DNA of 64,000 nt, from assembly GCA_028534125.1 (NCBI GenBank), contig CM052838.1, forward strand, positions 60,326,001 to 60,390,000. Direction: 5' to 3'. Position 1 is the first letter of the stretch; each line of letters starts with the position of its first letter. The position numbers were made by a program, and so were the translations under genes. The stretch is from Lama glama (taxonomy: Eukaryota). The notes under the pieces are model-generated. The model did not search any database. It was not told the origin of the DNA and saw only the letters and a program-made list of their open reading frames with translations. Below, piece after piece: positions 49,150 to 61,630 of this stretch.

Positions 49150-50434
49150 GCTTCCTACCCGGGCCGCGGGCACGCACGGAGCATGGGAAATATGCAGCTG
49201 CCTGCCATCCACCTCTAAACCAACACGCGCAGCAAAGCTGGGCGCCATTATACACATCAGAAAATTGTCAGCTGGGAGAGCTATTCAGGAAACTGTCAAT
49301 AAATTCGCATTAACCGTTAATTAACTTACACCCCACTGGGATCCTTGCTGAAGCTGGGAAAGAGCATGAGCAGATATCCCAAGAACAGTACTCAGCTCAC
49401 GGGGCGTCACAGCACTCCCCGAGTGACTGGTGGGGAAGCCGAGCTTCAGAACAGTGCCATGTCTCGCCTGTGGACACACAGTGGGCAAACGCAGCCTGCA
49501 GTCTCAAGGCCGTGCCCTTGCAGTTGGGCCAGGCTGCCTCCTGACGACCATTTCTCCACATGGAAGGCAACCTGGCGATGCAGCATAGCGGGGGTGCCCA
49601 AGGCCAGTCTGGTAGCTGCCATTCCCTATCCTCTGGCACCACTAGGACCCCCTCCCCAGCCCATGGCAGGCGAGCGTGGGTGAGAAGGCTTCCTTTTCAC
49701 TTGTCACCGTAAACAGCCATCATGTGCCAACGACACTTTGCACCTACCTCCATTCTGCACTTTATTTCAGAAACACTGTCTAAAACCAATCAACGGTGCA
49801 AGGAAAAATGGGAAGCACTCTGTATGGACAAATCTTGCCCTATTTTAGACATGGAAAAGTCACACCTATGACCACAATAAATCTAAATGAATAAGTAATT
49901 AAAAGCAAGTTAAAAAAAATCACACCTATGCACATCTGTATATGGGTATACGTTAAAAAATGAAAGCAAGTCTTACTCTAGCCCATTTTGGTTAATAATC
50001 AGTTTCTCACAGGAGGCCCTGGCCCAATGATGATGTGCAGGACGGCCATCTCCGAGAGACGGGAGAAAGCGGCCGAGGCCAGAAATTCGGCCTGAGCAGC
50101 CTGGCTGCTATCACTGCCGTTCATTTTGTTTCAGTCACGTGTTTGCTTGTTCTTGGAAACCTAAAATGCTCAGCCTCCGAATGTAGGCTTTTTCGTACGC
50201 GGTGCGATCACATCCCACTTTTAGCGACAAACGGTGGTGGAGTGAAAAGACTGAAATCTTTTCGTCCTGCCCGGCTCAACCCAGCCAACTGGTTTACCCT
50301 GTAGAAATTAATACAGATGATACCCCCCCAAGAAAAGCCCTTTAATGTGCAGAGCCGACTTTAACAGACAAGTAATTAAACACAGAAAGTAAAGGCTTAT
50401 AATTAAAATGCTGACAAACCTGAACCAGAGAGGC
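49150..50434. promoter_or_regulatory. Candidate conserved regulatory blocks (49150-49340 and 49690-50434)
   Basis: Repeat-free; TGTCA, TGTCAATAAA, GTTAATTAAC palindrome 49316-49325, GTAAACA, several TAATTA; retained CpGs. Confidence 0.5.
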
Positions 50435-50598
50435 NNNNNNNNNNNNNNNNNNNNNNNNNNNNNNNNNNNNNNNNNNNNNNNNNNNNNNNNNNNNNNNNNN
50501 NNNNNNNNNNNNNNNNNNNNNNNNNNNNNNNNNNNNNNNNNNNNNNNNNNNNNNNNNNNNNNNNNNNNNNNNNNNNNNNNNNNNNNNNNNNNNNNNNN
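50435..50598. other. Assembly gap, 164 N
   Basis: Counted N run. Confidence 0.99.
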
Positions 50599-52464
50599 TT
50601 TTGAGCATATGATTTGTTTTGTTCTCTGTCCACCGACTTGTATTTACACGACTTTTCCTAGTGGCCTTTTGGAAACAACCAGCGTTGCACGCACTTTCTC
50701 ACATGTTGTCTGATTTCCAGGCCTTCTCTTAGCCTGAGCGGTGAGGAAAATGGAGTGTGTAGTGTCCAGTGTCCCTGCAACACAGAACCCAGTTAAGGGG
50801 TGAGACTAGCCCAGCTAAGAGTGGTGAATGGAGGCCACTCTCACCTCACTTGCCCTGTTTCACCAAAAATCATTCCCCTAGTACACGTGTGACCCTGGGT
50901 TAGCGTGAAGAAGCATCTCCCACAGCAAATGGTGGAGGACCTGGAGGGAGCCATGCGCTGGGGATTCTTGTATAGCCCCTGCCTCCCCCAGCACAGAATG
51001 GTTCTCGGGCACAGCTGGGATCGTCTGCACCCACTAAAAATCACTGCCAGGAATGGAAACTGGTTCGCCTGTTGGACCAGCTGACCAATGGGCGGGCCAC
51101 ACCCATGAAGCTGACACCTGACCAAGGTTTCCTGTGTAAAGAACACAATTACCGGTCATGTGGAAGGCTCTTCCCCAGAGAAGCTGCTTGCAGAGGAAAT
51201 TCTGGTTCAGTACAGAAGGTGTGCTGAGGATGGTCTGGGAGGTGAGAAAGGAAGCCAAGAGGCACAGCATCGTCTCTGCTAGAAGGAGCGCTGTGGTGCC
51301 CAGGCTGGGTGGGCAGTCTAGCCGGGGCAGTCAGCCCTGGTGCAGAGCAGGCAGGCCAGCAGCCCTGCTTGGCTCTGGCCTGCTTCTCCCATTCACACTT
51401 CCCGCTGCCTTTGTTCTGCCCCCTACTTTGGAAAAGAACAAAACCATTTTTTGTATCAAGTTCCTAAACTTGGTGGGGTGGTGTAGGGACGAAAGTGGGG
51501 AGGGGCCTGGAATCCAGCTCACAACAACTGAGCATGAAGTACTTAAAAACAGAACATTGCTGTGAACCTTGTAAAGCATTTTATCTCAGTGGGTGCAGAA
51601 GAGGCTGAGCTACTTGCAAGGGTGGCCTTTGAAGAGGAAGCAAACAGGCCACTGCACTCCCCACCCTAACCCACTTGCCCAGATTTTCTGAAGAATATTT
51701 ACAATGGGTGAGTGGGTGCAGTTTTGAAAGACATTATCACCAATGGCAATATGTAAGATTCTAATCAAATAAATTATAAAACAACAGCAACAACAGCAAA
51801 AGAATATTTACGAAACTTCAACTCAAGCCCAGCGTCCACTGAGGACCCTCGCGTGGGAGCTGAGGAGGGAAATGCACCGAGTCAGGGCCAAGCTCTCTCG
51901 AGCTCTCACGGGAGAATTCCACAGATCAGGGCCAGAAAAGAGTCCTTTATCTTCAGGAGACAGGTAGGGGGTTTTGGTGACTATAAATACTTTGACATTT
52001 TATCTTCACTGAGCATCGTGCAGCCCTGGAATGGCCCAAAAAGGCCTCTTGAAAAGTCTGCCTGGACCCACTGGGTGTCCTCTTCCCTGGTACTGACAGG
52101 TAGGCACGACTAAGACGAGATGTCGCTGCTGAGATGCCCTCCCAGGATGACGCAGGGAGAGGCTGCACCTCGATTCACGGGCTCACTGGGACGGAGCAGC
52201 CCCCGGAGCTTCCACCAGCACACAGGCTGCGGAGGCCTCGGGCCACTGACAGTCCTGCCTCAGCAAGTGCAGGAAAGGAATGGAGGGGAGAGGGACTGAC
52301 CTGGCACCTCCCATGTGCCGCTGTCTCTTTAAATCGCACAAACACCTGCACTGTGCCAGATGAGGAAACTGAGGTTCAGGAGGACGGGCTGAAGTGCCGC
52401 AGCTCTGAGGGCCCCGCTGCAGGCGCGGAGCGTGGAAGTTGGCCTCATCCACCGCTCCCTGGTC

Positions 52465-52590
52465 TTTCTCCTCCACTAGACAGAAACCCTCTTGAGGGCA
52501 GGGGCTGATTCACTCCGTCCCTGCACCAAGTGCCTGACACATAGTAGGTACTCAGTAAATACCTACCGGAACAAGCCACTGAACGAACCG
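52465..52590 (+). mobile_element. L2 3' end
   Basis: ccactagacagaaaccctcttgagggcagggg...gtgcctgacacatagtaggtactcagtaaata. Confidence 0.85.
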
Positions 52591-53189
52591 TGATGAACTT
52601 TTCTAAAAGCCTTGGTAGGGCATGCTGTCAGATGGGGCAGGGTCTCCCGAATCAAGCAGGGGTCGAGAACAGAAAGACAAGCACGTAGGAGAGAGAGAAG
52701 CCGAGGAGAAGGCGGGGGTAAGTGCACAGAGCGCCCCAACAGTGCAGCTGCCCCGCCGAGCCTCCTGGCAGTGCCTTGGTGCCAGCCCGCAAAGCAGGAG
52801 GGAGACAGGACCCTGGAGAAGGGAAGAGCCTGCGGGCAAGGGAGGCTCCCTTCCTGAAGAGCCCCCTGCCAACAAGAGTCTGGAGGAGAACAGCACAGGT
52901 CATCCTGGAAACCTTGAGCCAGGGAGAGGCCCCCCCAGCAGAAAGCAGGCCGCTGGGCTATGTGGGTTCAGATCCACTCTGCTGGGAATCTAGGGAGAGA
53001 CCTCTCCCCACATACCTCCATCCAGGGCCTCTGCCTTAGTCCCTGGGCCTGAAGATCTGCCCCCCAAGAGGGACCCTCTCACCTACAGCCCCGCCCCAGG
53101 GAAACCAAGGTGGTCCCTTTGTTTGGGCGCGGAGGCCTCTTGCAGGGGCAGGATTCTCAGTTTAGGCCTCAGCCCTCTCCTCCACCTGT

Positions 53190-53325
53190 TATGTATGGAG
53201 CTCAAGCTGTGCCAACCTCCGTACGAACGTCTCACTGAGTCCGCATGGCAAGCCTACGAGGCAGGTACTATCGAAGAGCCATTTTACAGATGAGGAAACT
53301 GAGGATTAGTAAAGGTATGTAGTTC
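53190..53325 (-). mobile_element. MIR SINE
   Basis: ccattttacagatgaggaaactgagg, exact MIR core. Confidence 0.85.
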
Positions 53326-54339
53326 AGAATGGCTGTGTGAGTGCCAGCACCGCCCATCACAAACCCACAGGAGCTCCAACTTATTATGATGCGCTTGGTG
53401 CAAAGGCCAAGAAAGCCCGATGCACGGACAGCCTTGAAATAAAGACCAGCAGCCCCACCATCCGGGTCGCTGGTCTGGCCCGATTCAGAGCTAAAGGCTG
53501 TCCCGGAGCCTCTCTCTCCTTCCTGCTCATGACAAAGGAAGGCAGCCCAGCCGGAGCTCAGCTGTGCTTCTGGCCCAGGAAGCAGACGACGAGGCTGGCT
53601 TCTGGGCCACGTAGGTGAGTCGCTGAGGGTTTTGTCGAAAGCCGTTAACCACCAGCGAGGTGTTCAGTCAAGCCTGGAGTGGGGACAGGCCTCAGAAGTG
53701 TGTCGCACAAATGAACCAAGGCTAGTGATCACCCTGTTTCCATTTCCTTTGGGAGGTGGCACCAAGAGGGCCGCCCAGGCTCTCCCACGGAGCTGTGGTT
53801 TATGAGTGACAAGAAAACAACCGTCCTTCTAACCTGCCCTGGGCCCGACTCTGCCCACCAAGGGGACTTGGGGGTGTTCACCTCTTGGGGCCTCAGTTTC
53901 CCCACATGTGAGTAGAGCCCCTGCTGGCCCCCAAAGCAGCTGCAGAGTCAAGGAGATCCTTCAGGATGGGGCCCCCGCACAGCACCACGCCCCCTGCGAC
54001 ACCCCCGGCTCCACCCCCATCACCACATCCCCTGGAACTGGGTCTAAAGAAGAAAAAGAAAACACCTTGCCCAGAGGGAAAGGGCCAACCCAGCTGGCTA
54101 CCGAGACTACACGGTCCTGCAGAGACAAATGTGAAATCTGAAAGCCCGCAGAGGTGACCCATCATGGAAGCCTGGCTTCTGCCTCAGTGAAGACATTCCA
54201 GAAACTCATCTGGTGAGGCGTCCCCGTAGGAGGCAAGAGTCGGGGAGAGACAGCACAAGGAGAAACTGCCCGACCCTCCGGCGCTCGGAGAAATCAATGC
54301 AATCAATACAGTCATCTTTTCGGCCCCTTATAAAAAATG

Positions 54340-54905
54340 GTAATTCACACTTGCGTGGGAGCAGGGGACCAAGACAATCTTTCTGGACAGCACGTCAGAA
54401 ACATGAAGCAAGAGCCTTAAAAACGTTCCTGCCCTCCGGCCTCTCTATCCCACTCCTGGGAACTATCCTGAGGAATAATCCGAAAGGCAGAGCAAGATTC
54501 AGACACTTAGTCACTGTTAATCACAAGAGCAAACAAAACAGCCCTTCTACCCAACAACCAAGAAACAGTTACATCGTTATCTACATCCTCAATCAGCCAC
54601 ATAGTGTAGTGCCACAGACTCATTAAAATGCATGGAATAGGCAATTTAAAGGCTGTGGGGAAATGATGGTAATTATTACTAAGTGAAAAAAAAATTCAAT
54701 ATAAAATTTTGTATAATCATATGTTCACCATGAACTGGGCTATGTAAAAAAATACAAAGAACATAAAACACGCCAAGACATTAACAGTGGTTGTAACTGG
54801 GTACTGGGGCTGTGAGAGATTTCAATTTTATACTTTCCACTATGGTGCATTTTCTGAATTAAAAAAAGTGAACATGATTACTTTAATAATCAGACAGAAA
54901 CTCTC
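54340..54905 (+). mobile_element. L1ME-like 3' fragment
   Basis: agagccttaaaaacgttcctgccctc...cccactcctgggaactatcctgaggaataatc...aagtgaaaaaaaaa...ttaacagtggttgtaactgggt...tactttaataatcaga. Confidence 0.75.
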
Positions 54906-55146
54906 AATGTCATTATTGGAAATTACATTTGTAAACTGCACACCAGTGCCCAGCCGCTCACTCAGCCCCAGCAGCCCCCTGCGCCAGTCCAGCACCACTG
55001 GGACCGAAGCAGTTGAACACACAGAAGCGTCCCCACAGCTGGTCTGTGCCTGCGTCCAGAGAGCGCTTTCAGCGTCTCCCCTGGAGGACTCAGGCCCTGC
55101 TGGAAGGACTAGGAAAGGACTGCTCACAGCCACCTCGGTTACTCAC

Positions 55147-55201
55147 CCATAATTCCACAAGAGAAAAGTGTCGCTCCTTGACTCATCTTCTTTGGCGTGT
55201 G
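55147..55201 (-). CDS. FAM53B: FAM53B short coding exon (equivalent to human exon 3), 55 nt, phase 0 start, phase 1 end
   Basis: cttttctggttgttttcAG|CAC ACG CCA AAG AAG ATG AGT CAA GGA GCG ACA CTT TTC TCT TGT GGA ATT ATG G|GTGAGT = HTPKKMSQGATLFSCGIM. The final G joins AA of the next exon to give GAA (E) in frame. Not in the ORF track. Confidence 0.96.
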
Positions 55202-55284
55202 CTGAAAACAACCAGAAAAGCTATCACTCTTCAAGTCATAAGAAGCACGTCTGCACATGACCCTGCACTGATCCCTTGCTAAAG

Positions 55285-55450
55285 TCACAATTAAAGGGGT
55301 AACGTCAGATTAGGGAAAGGAGAACACAGTATTCAAAGAGACATCTGCCCATAATTGGGTCTGGACTCTCTGTCCAGAGTCTCCGGTGAGTTATGGAGTC
55401 CATCAAGTTAATGGACTTTAAAAACAGACAAGAAAGCCCCATGACTTCTG
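55285..55450 (+). mobile_element. Possible ancient CR1/L3 3' remnant
   Basis: Weak resemblance of tatggagtccatcaagttaatggactttaaaaacagacaagaaagccccatg to CR1 ORF2 3' ends. Confidence 0.3.
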
Positions 55451-56091
55451 CCACCAGGGGATTTTTCCATGTGAGTGATGCGGAGGAGGGCGCAGGAGGA
55501 GATGTGGTGTAAACAGTTCACCTCCCCACCGCCCGGGCCAGGAGGAGAGGGGACCCCTCCCTGACCATGGAGACAGGAAGAGCCTCAAGTGAAGGGCAGC
55601 GGCCCACCTGCCACCCCGAGAGCCCTCCCTTCAAGACACAGAGAGAACAGCTCTTCCTTCTCGGTGCAGAAGCATCAGGTAAAGCTCAAGAAGGTGGCCC
55701 TCGCTCTGCAGGCTGCTGTGCAGCTATGAGGCCCCCCAGGCATCCTCTCAAACTGAAACAGAAACTCAAAGGTTATGTTTGGTCTCAACACACAGCTATG
55801 GCTGTTGAACTCCTTGGCACCGTATCTCCCCAGTGGTTTCCCTTTCCACTGTAAACACTGCACATCTCCCTCTGACCCCACACCTAACCTAGCTGAACAC
55901 TGTGGCCACTGGGTGAAAAGCCAGGGAGGCCAGAAGAAGCCCAAGTCCAGGCACTTGCTCCACGGCAACACAGTAACCTGAGCGTGGAACATTCCGAGGG
56001 TTCCCTGCGTGAGCTGAAGCCAGGTCAACAGGAGTGTTCTGAGCTCTGGTGAGGAGGAGACTCTGCCCATCGGAGCCCCAGGGAGAAGGGT

Positions 56092-56700
56092 CTCACTCAC
56101 TCATTCACTCATCCATCCAACAAGTAGGTACCGGTGAGCAGTCATGTGCAGGCAGGGGTAGAGTTGAGCACAGGATGGTGACAGAAGCTCTTAGCTCCAG
56201 GGGGGTCAGCCGGTCACATAGGGCTCTAACTTCTGAGAGGAGCCCCAAGTGGCAGGGACATACAAGGCTTCTAGTCCAAGAACTGGGCAGGAACCCAAGC
56301 CCTGGCTCTTTCAGGCCTGGAAGGAGAAGGGTGGGGCTGACTAGGAGTACCTGGCCCACCCAGATAGGAGGGTAGCAAGCCGCTGGCGCCGGCTCCCCCA
56401 CCCCATCCCCAGCTGCCCCAGCTGGGGATCTATGCCCTCAGTCAGCTATGTGTTCAATCAGGTTATTAAGGGTCCTTACTAAGCGGCCTGGAGCACAGAA
56501 AGGAAAGACCCCAACCTTGGCCCTAAGGAAGCTCACATTTCATAGAGGCCACAGTACCCAGACCAACCACTGCACAACAGAGAGTGGGACCAGGGGGGTG
56601 ATGAGCCAGGCCGTGGGTGCTGGAGGTCAGGGCTGGCTTCCTGGGGGAAACAGAGCTGGTTTTGAAGGAACTTACAGCAGAGGGCGAAGTGGGGAAGGGC
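56092..56700 (-). mobile_element. L2 3' fragments (two)
   Basis: tcactcactcattcactcatccatccaacaa; gccctaaggaagctcacatt...ggtcagggctggcttcctggggga. Confidence 0.6.
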
Positions 56701-57459
56701 AGTCCTCCTCCAGTTGCCACCCTCCTTGGGTTTAAAACAATCCTTATGTTTCTAGGACAGGTCTCCCACCTGGATTCCATCCAATCTACAGCCACCCCGG
56801 GAAATATCAGGGAAGAGTTAAAGACGGCTGCCTCTGTCACCCTCCCAGCTCACACCACAGTCACTGAATGGAAAGCGGGTGACAATCAGAGCTCTGCCAC
56901 CCGGCAGTGCCACCTGTGGAAGCCAGGCAGGGCCCACTGCCTGGGGAAGGTTCAGAGAGAGAGAAGTTGGGCCTGGCCGGCTGAGGGCGATGGCCCCAGC
57001 ACTGCAGGAGCACAGGGCACAGAGCAAACACCCACTGGGAGCCAAAGCCCTCACCGCCCACCCCGGAGGAGAGGAAAGCTACCCAGGCTGGAAGCCCACA
57101 GAAACCAAGCCAGGACCGGGCCAGGGAAAACAGGAGAGCTGGAGCAGGCAGGAGCCCCGTGCCGGCTGCACAGACACTCAGGGCCACCGAGGAAGGAGTG
57201 GGCCTCCAAACTGGCCAGCCAACAGCGCTGCTCACTGGCCTTCGCTTCCACAGAGCCAGCGGGTCCCAGATGGGCACCTCAGGGCCTCCCCAGGAATCCA
57301 GACCTGTGAGTGGGCGTCAGGGATGCTGGGGTCTGTGCCCACGGAGGCGAGCCTCAGTCACTCATGTATTCACTCGTTCATTCACCCAGCAAGAACTTAT
57401 CTGCATCTGCATAGACCCGCTCGCCGGGTTGGACAACACATGCTCGGAACGTGAGTGCT

Positions 57460-58000
57460 TCTCACTCCCCTCACTGCCCAGCTCAAGCTCCGTCACCCTC
57501 CACTGAGGGATCAAATGAGCCCCCCACCTGGTCTCCCGCCTGCACTCCAGCCCGTCCTCCATCCTCCACACAGACCCAGGGAGACCAGCCCACGTGGCTA
57601 CTCTGCTTACAACCGTCCAGCTTCCCACAGCAACCAGGAAAGAATCGGGCTATGCCCCTTTCCCGCAGCCCACTGGACCCACATGAGCCAAGTTTTCATC
57701 CATCCTGTCCTCACTCACACACAGTTCAGGGACCAGCCCAGGTCGCTGCTGCCTCAGGGCTTTTGTTCTGCAGCTCATTCCTGTCATGTGACCTCCTTGC
57801 GACCTTCCCTGACCGTCCTGGCTGAAAAGCACCCTCCCCATCCATGCTTTTCTCTATAGGGTCTTGCTCAACACTTGCCCCGTGTCTATCAGTTCATTCA
57901 TTCTTAGGGTCATTCTCTGCAACCCTCAAAACCAAGCTTCTTGAGGGTGTGGTCCTGTCCACAGTAATCCCCACACAGAGCAGGTGCCCCGTGACTATCT
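57460..58000 (+). mobile_element. L2 fragment
   Basis: catgtgacctccttgcgaccttccctgacc...aagcttcttgagggt...cacacagagcaggtgccc. Confidence 0.55.
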
Positions 58001-61000
58001 GCTGACCGACTGCTATGACCACCTGACAGCCCAAGCCTGTCTTGCTCTTGCTGCCACACGTCCGGCAGGTGTAGGGCCAACGGAAACAGATTTTCACTGG
58101 ACAGAACCTGTTGTCACTGGGCATATGCCAAGTCCAAGCTTGGTGCAGAAGGGAGAAGAGCACCAGCCAAAGTCCAGATGGAACCCCCGGCTGCCCGGGC
58201 TCCCCACACAGCCTCTGACTCTGCACCCAGGGCTGAGCACAGACCAGCGATCGCTCACTCGCACGAAGTTCTCATGACCTGAAGGAACACCTTCTCGTGC
58301 CCCTTGTCCTGGGTGAGCCCCACTCCCCTCGTTGAGCGTGTGAAACTGCAGTCTGGTGATGCACACCCTTCTTCTGCTAACTGCACCCAGTTGTGCACTG
58401 GGACTCCTCCCCTCCATCACCAGATCATATCTTGGTGGGACTGTGCCTCCATCCCTGCCGGCACAAGGTAGGCACGGGCAAGGGTGTGGCCAACCAGGCA
58501 CTCCTCGCTCCGGAGCTCTGACTCCTGAACCAAGGGGGTGCTGGGCAGGCTCACCCAGCAGGGAGGCCCCAAGCCTGCCATGAGCCCCTGCCTCCACGAT
58601 CCTCCGAGCTGCCCTGTCCCTGCCCTCCCCGGGGCTTTATTCACCAACTCTCCCAGGCCTATAGCTCTCTCTGTCACTCCAGTGAATTCTCTTTCGGTGT
58701 AAATCAGCTGGAAATGGTCTCTGCTGCTTACAACTGAGGAACCCTGGCCAATTTCATGCCGGATGTCAAGAGGCTAATGGTGAAGGCCAGGACTCAGCTA
58801 CTCCAAGGAACACCATACAACCACTCAAAGTGATGTTTCAGCAGAGGCTTCCAGTACCAAGAGGAAATATAATGTGTAAGTTAAACCTACTTAAGAAAAA
58901 AAATACTAAAAAAAAAAAAAAAACCTGCCAGGATATGTATAGTAGAGTGGAGTCAAAATGCAGCTTTCTCCTCTTTCTTTTCCTTTGTCCTCTTCCTGAT
59001 GCTCAATTCAGTAAAAATGATTTGAATGTGTAGAGAAATTCTATCAAAGTAATTATGGAGAAATGACTGATCAGACAGCAGCAGCTTTTTCAGGTCAAAC
59101 ATAAGGCCTAAAATAATCGCGGGCTAACTACTTCCCCTGGGCTTTCTGCCTCCTGCTGGGGTAGCTAAAGGGAAAAAAAAACCAAAACGATGGGACAGAG
59201 CCTTTATCTTGCTTGCAGAGCCCCAACAGAGCCCCACCCAAGAGGCTGGGTGGATGGTGGGCAGGCCAGAATACCATGTAACCGACAGCACCCCAGGGTG
59301 TCAGGCCCCTGGCACATTCTGACCGCTGGCAGGTTTCCCTGGGTCCAACCCCGAGGTTCCCGCTCCAGGTTGTCCAGAGCTGTTTCACTCCCACTGGTTT
59401 GTGCCATTCTGCAGCCAGCTCTTTGACCCTTCGAGCCCTCTGCACCCACTGTGGGAAGGATGAGCCAATCACCATGTGGACGATGTGGTGAGGCCTGACA
59501 GGCCCCCAGGGAAACTCTCACCATCTGAGGTTTCACAAGACACGCAGTGTACGCACACAAGTGCACGCCCAGGCCCTGGCGGTGTCTGCAGCGCGACGAG
59601 ACAATGAGCACAGCTCCCCTGGGCGTTTCTCCCCCTCTGAAGGCTCGCTTCCTGAGCCTCCCCCATGGCAGAGCCTGGTGTCCCAGGTTCCTTGGATCAC
59701 CGGAGAAGGTTTTGGAATCAGATCTTCCATAGGAAAGGCAAGAGCTAGAAATCGAATTGAGGTTTCAGGGACCATCTGTCTGACTAAGACAAGAAACCCT
59801 GACTTAAATAAAGACACAATTCAGGTTATTATTTAATGAGGAACTAGCTCAGACAGAAAATGGCCGAGCTCATCTCTGGCCATAATCACGCTTCTTCATA
59901 ACGCTCTTCTGCAGACTACTGACTAAAGCAATTGTGTCACTCTTTCCTTCTCCTGCTGCATGTTATGGGGAACCAGAGCGCCATGCAGATGAAGCCACAC
60001 TCACACTTGAGGGGAACACGTGGGGCTCCCCAGCCTCTGGAAGGGAACACGGAGAGACCTTGGCCATGGAAAGCAGAAGGGAGAGCCAGGCCCAAGAAGA
60101 GAAGCTGAGAAGGGAGGAGCACCTTTGGGTGGAGGCTCTCAAAGATGTTGATGGAGATAGGGTGGGGGCCCTGGCTCCCCGGGCTGCAGGGTTAGCCACG
60201 GCAGGGCGGGCCATGGTGTCCCTGTTAGCTGGAGGAAAGGCATCAGACTGCCTTGGACTCTGCGCATTTCTGGATTCCGGCCAGGGATCCTGGCTGGGGC
60301 TGCTGAGCCCAACTCCAACTCCGGGTGAACGGGAGGATGAAGACCCCGGGTGCCCAGCCTAATGCAGTCACTGACTCTTCTGTGGGGCAAGTCACTTATC
60401 CTTGGCATCCTCATCTGACAAGCGGGGAAGGAAGCACCTGCTCCAAAAACCGGTATCTGTTTTTGCCGGAAATACCTCAAGGCTGAGGAAGGTGAGGTAG
60501 CCTGCCCTCTGCCCTGGAGGAGAGCACCCCCAACTCCCGCTGGTCTCTGGACTGTAGAGAGGGCCGGGAGCCTCGGGGCAGAGGAGGTCGGCCTGGCCGG
60601 GGAAGGCGGTCGCTGTGGGGAGAGAGAACGGGCTCTTGGCCTGAGCGTGGGTGTGTGGGAAGGAGCCGGAGGAACGCTGCTCCCGAGGTCAAAAGTCTGG
60701 GCTGCCTTCCAGCGGCAGCAGCTAATGTTAGAACACTCGAAGGAAGAGCCGCTCGGCAAAGGAAAGGAAGGCGACCGGGCGGAGTGGGGGAAAGGGAACC
60801 GAGAGTCATCGCTGCGTGCTGTGCAAGCCGAGCTGGGGCCGGGCACCCCACCCTGGGGGACGGCGAGACCGAGCTCTACGGCCCCTCTCCTGTCCTCCCA
60901 CCTCTCTCTCGGGAGTAGGGGCAGTCACGTCGCCACTGGCACTTAGTTTTTAGAAAAAGGAGAACAAGAGAACCATCACAGTGACCCTCAGCAGGCGGGG

Positions 61001-61499
61001 GTGGGAGGGCTGGCCAGGGCCCGGGGGGCATCCATGTTTCTCCCCTCCCAGTGCGTCCGGGCCCCCAGGTGACCTTCACCTGCAGTTTGAGGCTCTGTCT
61101 GCACTGCGGGGCCGCCGGCTCCCATAATTTCAAAATGGCCTGTGGTGATTCAAGACTTCTTTTTTAATCTGAACCCCCCACTTCTGTTATCTTCTTAGTC
61201 TGATTAGAAAACAAAAGAGAAAAGCTTTTCCATCTTTCCTGTTATTATCTTGATGGTATTTACGTGAGGATGCCGTTACCAGTTTAGGAAGCTGAAGCAA
61301 AACCCCCATCTTCCTCTCAACCTTGTTGGCTGCTCGGAGCAAACTCTAATCAGTTCATCTTACATTCTGACTCGTGGATGTCATCGCTAGACTGATCTTA
61401 TTTTGGGTCTTTCTTTGGTTGTTTACAGCCCATGCCTCTCCCCCAGGCCTAGCGGAGTCCAGGGATGACTGCAGCCTCAGGAGCCGGGCGGGGGCGTGC

Positions 61500-61630
61500 G
61501 TGAGGGCCACAGTGGAGTGGACAAGGGCCTGCACTGGAGGCCTGCAACCTGGCACCCTGCTCGCCAGCTGTGTGACCTGGGCCCTCCGCCCCCTGGGCTC
61601 TCTGTTTCCTGTCTATACAGCAGGTAGAGA
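61500..61630 (+). mobile_element. MIR SINE
   Basis: ccagctgtgtgacctgggc...ctctgtttcctgtctatacagc. Confidence 0.6.

Noticed and set aside
56617-60846. Long ORFs 56617-57309 (230 aa) and 60139-60846 (235 aa); likewise 20952-21578 and 62109-62678
   Set aside because: No recognisable domain, P/G/R/S/A-biased, several overlap MIR/L2 relics; expected in high-GC intron.
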